From Chitinophagaceae bacterium (GTDB taxonomy: Bacteria > Bacteroidota > Bacteroidia > Chitinophagales > Chitinophagaceae): DNA of 64,000 nucleotides. Under the pieces are notes generated by a model, which saw nothing but the letters and a program-made list of their open reading frames with translations, was not told the DNA's origin and ran no database searches. Of the stretch, positions 59,511 to 64,000 are shown piece by piece (positions within the stretch are counted from its first letter, which is position 1; each line of letters starts with the position of its first letter). Location of the stretch: assembly GCA_947381435.1 (NCBI GenBank), contig CANCVE010000013.1:529-64528 (forward strand), in the 5' to 3' direction. The position numbers and the translations under genes were made by a program.

Positions 59511-60713
59511 CTAATCGGGGAAGCTAATCTTACCCATGCTTACCTGTATTATTTCGGACATATAATTTTTATCTGAAGGATTTCCTGCAATTGCTTCATT
59601 TGCCAATACTGCAAATAATACCGCCTCTTTTGCGTCGGGATTGATGCCTAAACTATTAAAATCTTTAAACTGAACATTGGGCAATCCTTCCTGTAAATGT
59701 TCCATCAATAAAGGATTATGAATACCGCCGCCACTAGCAAACACTACCAAATTATCGGTAGTGGCAATGGTTTTGTGCAGTGCATCAATAATAATATCGG
59801 CAGTAAACTTGTTTAGCGTAGCCATAACATCTTCCTTATTTATAGCATTTATCTTGGCTCGTTTGATGGCATTTTCTATATAAGTAAGGCTAAACAACTC
59901 CGGCCCCGTGGTTTTTGGAAAGGATTGTGTAAAGAAATCATGCGCCTTCAATTCATTTAATAAGGCATTATTTATATTTCCCTTACGGGCAATCAGAGCA
60001 TCTTTATCGTAGAATTGTGAACTAAAATTGGTGCGCATATAGGCATCCATGAGGGTGTTGCCAGCACCAATATCGGTACAAATTGTAGTAGCAAGATTGC
60101 CATTAGCAGGCAAATAAGTAAAGTTGGCAATGCCCCCAATGTTCAACAAAACCCTGTTTTCTGAGGGATGCGAAAACAAAAAATAGTCCCCATACACAGC
60201 CAATGGTGCGCCTTCGCCACCTGCGGCAATATGTTTTTGTCTAAAATCGCTCAGGGTAATGATACCCGTGGTAACAGCCAAATGATCGCCATCGCCAATT
60301 TGCAACGTAGCGTTACCAAACTTTTCCTGCCGATGCAACCGTTTGGGGGCATGATAAATGGTTTGTCCGTGGCTAGCTATCAAATCTATTTCAGTGTTAT
60401 TGATGCCCCACTTTTGCAAACATTCATTAATCATAAGTCCATGTTGCTCGCCAATCCATCCATTCAATAAACAAAGTTTAGCCAAATCTACCTGCTGCTT
60501 GCTGAACACCGTCAGTATTTCTTCCTTAAAATCTATGGCGTAAGGCACGGTCTCAAAGTGCAGCACCTTCACCTTGGTATTCCTTCCTGCGCCGCTAAAA
60601 CTACACAGCACCACATCCAATCCATCCAAAGAAGTTCCACTCATCAATCCAATAATGAGGCGTTCCTCCTTATGTGCAATGGTATATAAATGCTGTATAT
60701 TTTTATTCATCAC
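59511..60713 (-). CDS. anmK: Anhydro-N-acetylmuramic acid kinase
   Basis: LIIGLMSGTSLDGLDV..., 400 aa. Confidence 0.85.
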   Translation of the reverse strand: MMNKNIQHLYTIAHKEERLIIGLMSGTSLDGLDVVLCSFSGAGRNTKVKVLHFETVPYAIDFKEEILTVFSKQQVDLAKLCLLNGWIGEQHGLMINECLQKWGINNTEIDLIASHGQTIYHAPKRLHRQEKFGNATLQIGDGDHLAVTTGIITLSDFRQKHIAAGGEGAPLAVYGDYFLFSHPSENRVLLNIGGIANFTYLPANGNLATTICTDIGAGNTLMDAYMRTNFSSQFYDKDALIARKGNINNALLNELKAHDFFTQSFPKTTGPELFSLTYIENAIKRAKINAINKEDVMATLNKFTADIIIDALHKTIATTDNLVVFASGGGIHNPLLMEHLQEGLPNVQFKDFNSLGINPDAKEAVLFAVLANEAIAGNPSDKNYMSEIIQVSMGKISFPD

Positions 60714-60813
60714 TGATTAAATGATTGGAATGAAATAAAATGATGAGGTCGTTTGTTTTCTTCAAAAAGCAAGGATTGAAAGTAGAAAATTGAATCATTA
60801 CAATTCATTCAAA

Positions 60814-62142
60814 TCATTCAAACATAATACTTATTATCGTTTCATAAACCCTCTCCAATTCCTCTTTAGTAATACAATAAGGCGGCATGATGTACACAGT
60901 ATTGCCCAACGGACGGATGTATACGCCAAGCTCCAACGCTTTCTGGGTAATGGTTGTAGCAATATCGTTCAGGTATTCGTCCTTGCCTTTATCTATTTCG
61001 AAAGCGATGATAGTGCCTAGCGTGCGGATATTTTTAATAGGAAATCGAGATTCGGGATTGGAAAGTTTTGTAGCAAACAGTTTGTTTTCGGCAGTAATCC
61101 ATTGTATTTTCTCCAAACATTCATCTTTTAAAAGCAAGTCCAGGCTAGCCAAAGCCGCCGTACATGCCAACGGATTTGCCGTAAAAGAATGCCCATGAAA
61201 GAAGGTTTTCATCTTATCATCACTCAAATAAGCCTGATAGATTCTATCAGTGCACGCAGTAACGCCCAATGCCATCGTGCCGCCCGTAAGTCCTTTACTC
61301 AAACAGATAATATCAGGTTTCTCGGTCATGTATTCACTCGCAAACAGTTTTCCTGTGCGCCCAAAACCTGTCATTACTTCATCTGCAATACAAATAATAT
61401 CATGCGACTTTACGGCTTTTAGTAGCTTATTCATCCAATGCGCCTCATACATTCTCATGCCACCAGCCCCTTGCGCCAATGGTTCATAAATAAATGCCGC
61501 AATAGCCTCCCCCTCCTGATTGATTGTAGCTTTAAGTTCTTCAATATTTGCTTCATTAGGCGTATCTATAAACAATACTTCAAACAGTTTATCATGAAAG
61601 GCAAGCGTAAACACACTCCTATCGCTCACACTCATCGCCCCAAAAGTATCCCCATGATAGGCATCGTTAAAAGCAAGTATTTTTTTGCGTTGACCGTTAA
61701 CCGTTGACCGTTCTCCGTCAATTGCTGTTAACGGTAAACGGTCAACGGTAGACTCAGCATTGTTCCACCAATATTGCAACGACATCTTGATGGCCACTTC
61801 GGTAGAAGTGCTACCATTATCACTATAAAAAATTCTAGAAAAGTTATTAGGAAGAATGGGCAATAATCGCTCTGCCAATGACACTGCCGGTTCGTGCGTA
61901 AAGCCAGCAAAAATTACCTGTTCCAATGTAAGTGCTTGTTTATATAAACGTTCGGCTATATACTTATTTGCATGACCATGAATAGTTACCCACCAACTAC
62001 TTATTGCGTCTATATATTGGTTTCCATCCTCATCAAAAAGCAGTGTCCCCTCCCCTTTCACGATTGGCATTGGTGGTTTCCTATTCTTTTGATGTGTAAA
62101 TGGATGCCATATTACCTCCTTATCCCTTTCTTGTAATGTCAT
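60814..62142 (-). CDS. bioA: Adenosylmethionine-8-amino-7-oxononanoate aminotransferase
   Basis: AYHGDTFGAMSV, DEVMTGFGRTGKLFA and SKGLTGG. It carries an about 20-aa insertion encoded by a palindromic element. Confidence 0.85.
   Translation of the reverse strand: MTLQERDKEVIWHPFTHQKNRKPPMPIVKGEGTLLFDEDGNQYIDAISSWWVTIHGHANKYIAERLYKQALTLEQVIFAGFTHEPAVSLAERLLPILPNNFSRIFYSDNGSTSTEVAIKMSLQYWWNNAESTVDRLPLTAIDGERSTVNGQRKKILAFNDAYHGDTFGAMSVSDRSVFTLAFHDKLFEVLFIDTPNEANIEELKATINQEGEAIAAFIYEPLAQGAGGMRMYEAHWMNKLLKAVKSHDIICIADEVMTGFGRTGKLFASEYMTEKPDIICLSKGLTGGTMALGVTACTDRIYQAYLSDDKMKTFFHGHSFTANPLACTAALASLDLLLKDECLEKIQWITAENKLFATKLSNPESRFPIKNIRTLGTIIAFEIDKGKDEYLNDIATTITQKALELGVYIRPLGNTVYIMPPYCITKEELERVYETIISIMFE
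61688..61748. repeat. Palindromic (REP-like) element inside the bioA coding sequence
   Basis: cgttgaccgttaaccgtt (61688-61705) pairs with aacggtaaacggtcaacg (61731-61748) with 1 mismatch. It translates in-frame as ...TVDRLPLTAIDGERSTVNGQ... Confidence 0.8.
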
Positions 62143-62242
62143 GCGGCAAATGTATTTCTTTAGGGAATAATAATTGGATTGTTTAGGTTTTGATTAATGG
62201 TTATACTGAGTTTTTAGATAACATACTCTGGCTGACAGCAAC

Positions 62243-62276
62243 AAAAAAGGCTACCACAATTTACCGTGATAGCCCT
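62243..62276 (-). terminator. Terminator downstream of 62299-63414
   Basis: On the minus strand: gggctatcac...gtggtagcc followed by TTTTTT. Confidence 0.6.
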
Positions 62277-62298
62277 TAAAGTTATGTTTTTAGTATTG

Positions 62299-63414
62299 TT
62301 ATTTTGATTGATTGTATGCTTTAACTGAATAAATGCAGTCTTCTATTTTCTTAACCTGTGTTTTTCTTTCCTTACCTTTTACAATTGAAGTAGTTGGCAG
62401 TTTTAACTTATAGAAGGTGGTATCTTCTCTCTTTAAATCATCTATTAATGAACAAAGATTCTTACTCTTTATTGCGAATGTTACACCATCAGCTTGCGTT
62501 TGACGAGAACTAAGAATACCAATCAATTCACCGTTCTTATTAAATACTGGTCCACCACTATTACCAGGATTAGAGTTCATTTGTATCTGATAAGTTGATG
62601 TATCACCATTTAAACCAGTGTTAGAACTCAGATATCCTTGGGTATATGTAATATCCGTTTTAGGGAAACCTAGGGTAAATATCTCTTCGCCCAAATCGGC
62701 ATTTACGCTACCAATACTATATGGTAATACTTTCACATTCTTGAAATCCTCATCGTTTATCTTAAGTATTGCCAAATCTTGTTTAGCATCTACAAAAACA
62801 ATGTTAGCATTAAACTCGTCACCATTATTATTTACAACAATTGCACTATTGCCTTTAAGTACGTGTGCATTGGTAACTACAAATCCTTTTCCATCAATCA
62901 AGAAACCAGAACCACCACTGATGAGGTTAGCATTCTTTGGAAGTTTGCTTTTTACTTCGTTAATGATAGAACCTTGCACTTGTTGACTCTTCTTGATTCC
63001 CGCTAACTCTCTACTTAATTGTTGTAGTTGATTATCGTTGCCCACAGGAGAAAAATAGGTAAACAAACCACTCGTTACCAAAGCAATTGCACCACCCACA
63101 GAAGCAGCAATAAGAATATCTTTCTTATACTTATGATACATTTGAACCAGCTTGCCCAATGGTTTGGTAGCCGTTTCTCCTTCTATAAAACCTTGGTTTG
63201 CCACCTTTTCATGCACCTCATTTAATAGATGCTTAAAGTTTCTGCGGTTCTTGTACACGCCCATTTGTTGTAGAAACATGGAGTGTTCTACGACTATCTG
63301 ATCAATTTCAGGTGTATTTTTCCTTAATTGCTCAAAGTAAGCTAACTCATCGGGAAGCATGCTACCGTCAAGGTATCGCTCAATAGTTTGAAGCATTAAA
63401 ACGTCTTCGTTCAT
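62299..63414 (-). CDS. Anti-sigma-like N-terminal domain, one TM, and a periplasmic trypsin-like (S1C/DegP-type) serine protease without PDZ
   Basis: N-terminus IERYLDGSMLPDELAYFEQL, TM ILIAASVGGAIALVTSGLFTYF, and triad context VVTNAHV / DLAILKI / GNSGGPVF. It lies 16 nt downstream of the sigma gene. Confidence 0.7.
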   Translation of the reverse strand: MNEDVLMLQTIERYLDGSMLPDELAYFEQLRKNTPEIDQIVVEHSMFLQQMGVYKNRRNFKHLLNEVHEKVANQGFIEGETATKPLGKLVQMYHKYKKDILIAASVGGAIALVTSGLFTYFSPVGNDNQLQQLSRELAGIKKSQQVQGSIINEVKSKLPKNANLISGGSGFLIDGKGFVVTNAHVLKGNSAIVVNNNGDEFNANIVFVDAKQDLAILKINDEDFKNVKVLPYSIGSVNADLGEEIFTLGFPKTDITYTQGYLSSNTGLNGDTSTYQIQMNSNPGNSGGPVFNKNGELIGILSSRQTQADGVTFAIKSKNLCSLIDDLKREDTTFYKLKLPTTSIVKGKERKTQVKKIEDCIYSVKAYNQSK

Positions 63415-63429
63415 GATTGTTTAATATTT

Positions 63430-63996
63430 CTAGTCGCCAATATTATATTGTGTAAAGAACAATTTTTTTAATCTCATGAGGCATTTATATTTCTGATTCT
63501 TTGCATTATCGGCGTTTGTATAACCAAAATCTTTTGCCAACGTCTGCATGTCTAAATCTTTTATATAAAAACCTTCTAATAAACTCTTGCATGGTTCTCC
63601 CAAACTATTGAGAGCCCTATCCATGATAGTAAACTCTGCGTTCCTTTTTAAATGCGTTTCCAAGTCCTCTTCCACAGAAACAGTATCTTCAAGACTGTCA
63701 ATCTGATTGGTGTATTTGCCGAGTTGTTGAAGCCGTTTGAGCCAGAGCCGCCTGCAAATGGAATATACATACGTATTAAGTTTACAGGTTAAAACAAATG
63801 ATTCACTTTGTGCTTTTTCATACAGAGCAATCATCGCCTCCTGAAAGATGTCTCGAGCGTCATCATACGATCCATTATTATTTATAATAAAGGACTGTAT
63901 CATATTAAAGTTACCCTTATAGATTGCTTCGATAGCTTTAGTATCGTTATTTGCCAATCCTTTTATTAGAGCTTGTTCGTTTAATTCCGCTTTCAC
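63430..63996 (-). CDS. ECF-type sigma-70 family RNA polymerase sigma factor (apparent GTG start 5 nt from the window edge; may extend beyond)
   Basis: Region 2 is DDARDIFQEAMIALYEK...YVYSICRRLWL. The region 4 HTH is MQTLAKDFGYTNADNAKNQKYKCLMRLK. Confidence 0.75.
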   Translation of the reverse strand: MKAELNEQALIKGLANNDTKAIEAIYKGNFNMIQSFIINNNGSYDDARDIFQEAMIALYEKAQSESFVLTCKLNTYVYSICRRLWLKRLQQLGKYTNQIDSLEDTVSVEEDLETHLKRNAEFTIMDRALNSLGEPCKSLLEGFYIKDLDMQTLAKDFGYTNADNAKNQKYKCLMRLKKLFFTQYNIGD

Positions 63997-64000
63997 TTCT

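Overview
This is a 64-kb chromosomal window that looks Bacteroidota, possibly Chitinophagales/Sphingobacteriia-like. That placement is an inference from gene families (DUF5916/CBM9, GH115, fused E1 alpha/beta dehydrogenase, TonB-C, DUF3810, DUF2809), very short leaders with TAnnTTTG-type boxes, and typical Bacteroidota REP-like hairpin families. No database search was possible, so all calls come from reading the ORF translations and the DNA.

Most of the window is housekeeping: pth, GTP-PEPCK, aspartate kinase, plsX-rpmF-DUF177, ddl, nrnA, FKBP, RsmB-like, polA, anmK and bioA.

Accessory content:
(1) A left-hand island (about 1-8.8 kb) abuts the 3' end of tRNA-Arg(ACG). It carries an ars cassette (arsR-arsM-metallophosphoesterase-ynfA-gcvH-like-acr3) bracketed by 55-bp direct repeats. 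It also holds an about 670-bp A-poor non-coding tract, two copies of a nested-stem structured element, a 23-nt CCCC/GGGG motif in four copies, a DUF6876-like gene, a secreted nuclease and a small HTH gene.
(2) A vWA / PP2C / Ser-Thr kinase operon (TerY-P or yegL-yegK-yegI type) sits next to a Uma2 endonuclease, between polA and a PfkB sugar kinase. Two related hairpins with 30-31-bp stems punctuate it.
(3) A RAYT (Y1 HUH transposase) has four cognate REP palindromes, one of them in-frame inside the RAYT gene.
(4) There are five intergenic tandem arrays of palindrome-containing units: three of 9 x 21 bp, one of about 5.5 x 43 bp, and one of 5 x 41 bp. Each is about 190-255 bp long and the unit sequences are unrelated.
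(5) An about 250-bp structured repeat occurs in two copies with one compensatory stem change.
(6) A palindromic element is inserted in-frame in bioA.
(7) An ECF sigma factor is paired with an anti-sigma::trypsin-like protease fusion.
(8) There is also a decayed ISKra4-like transposase.

No CRISPR array, rRNA or prophage was seen.
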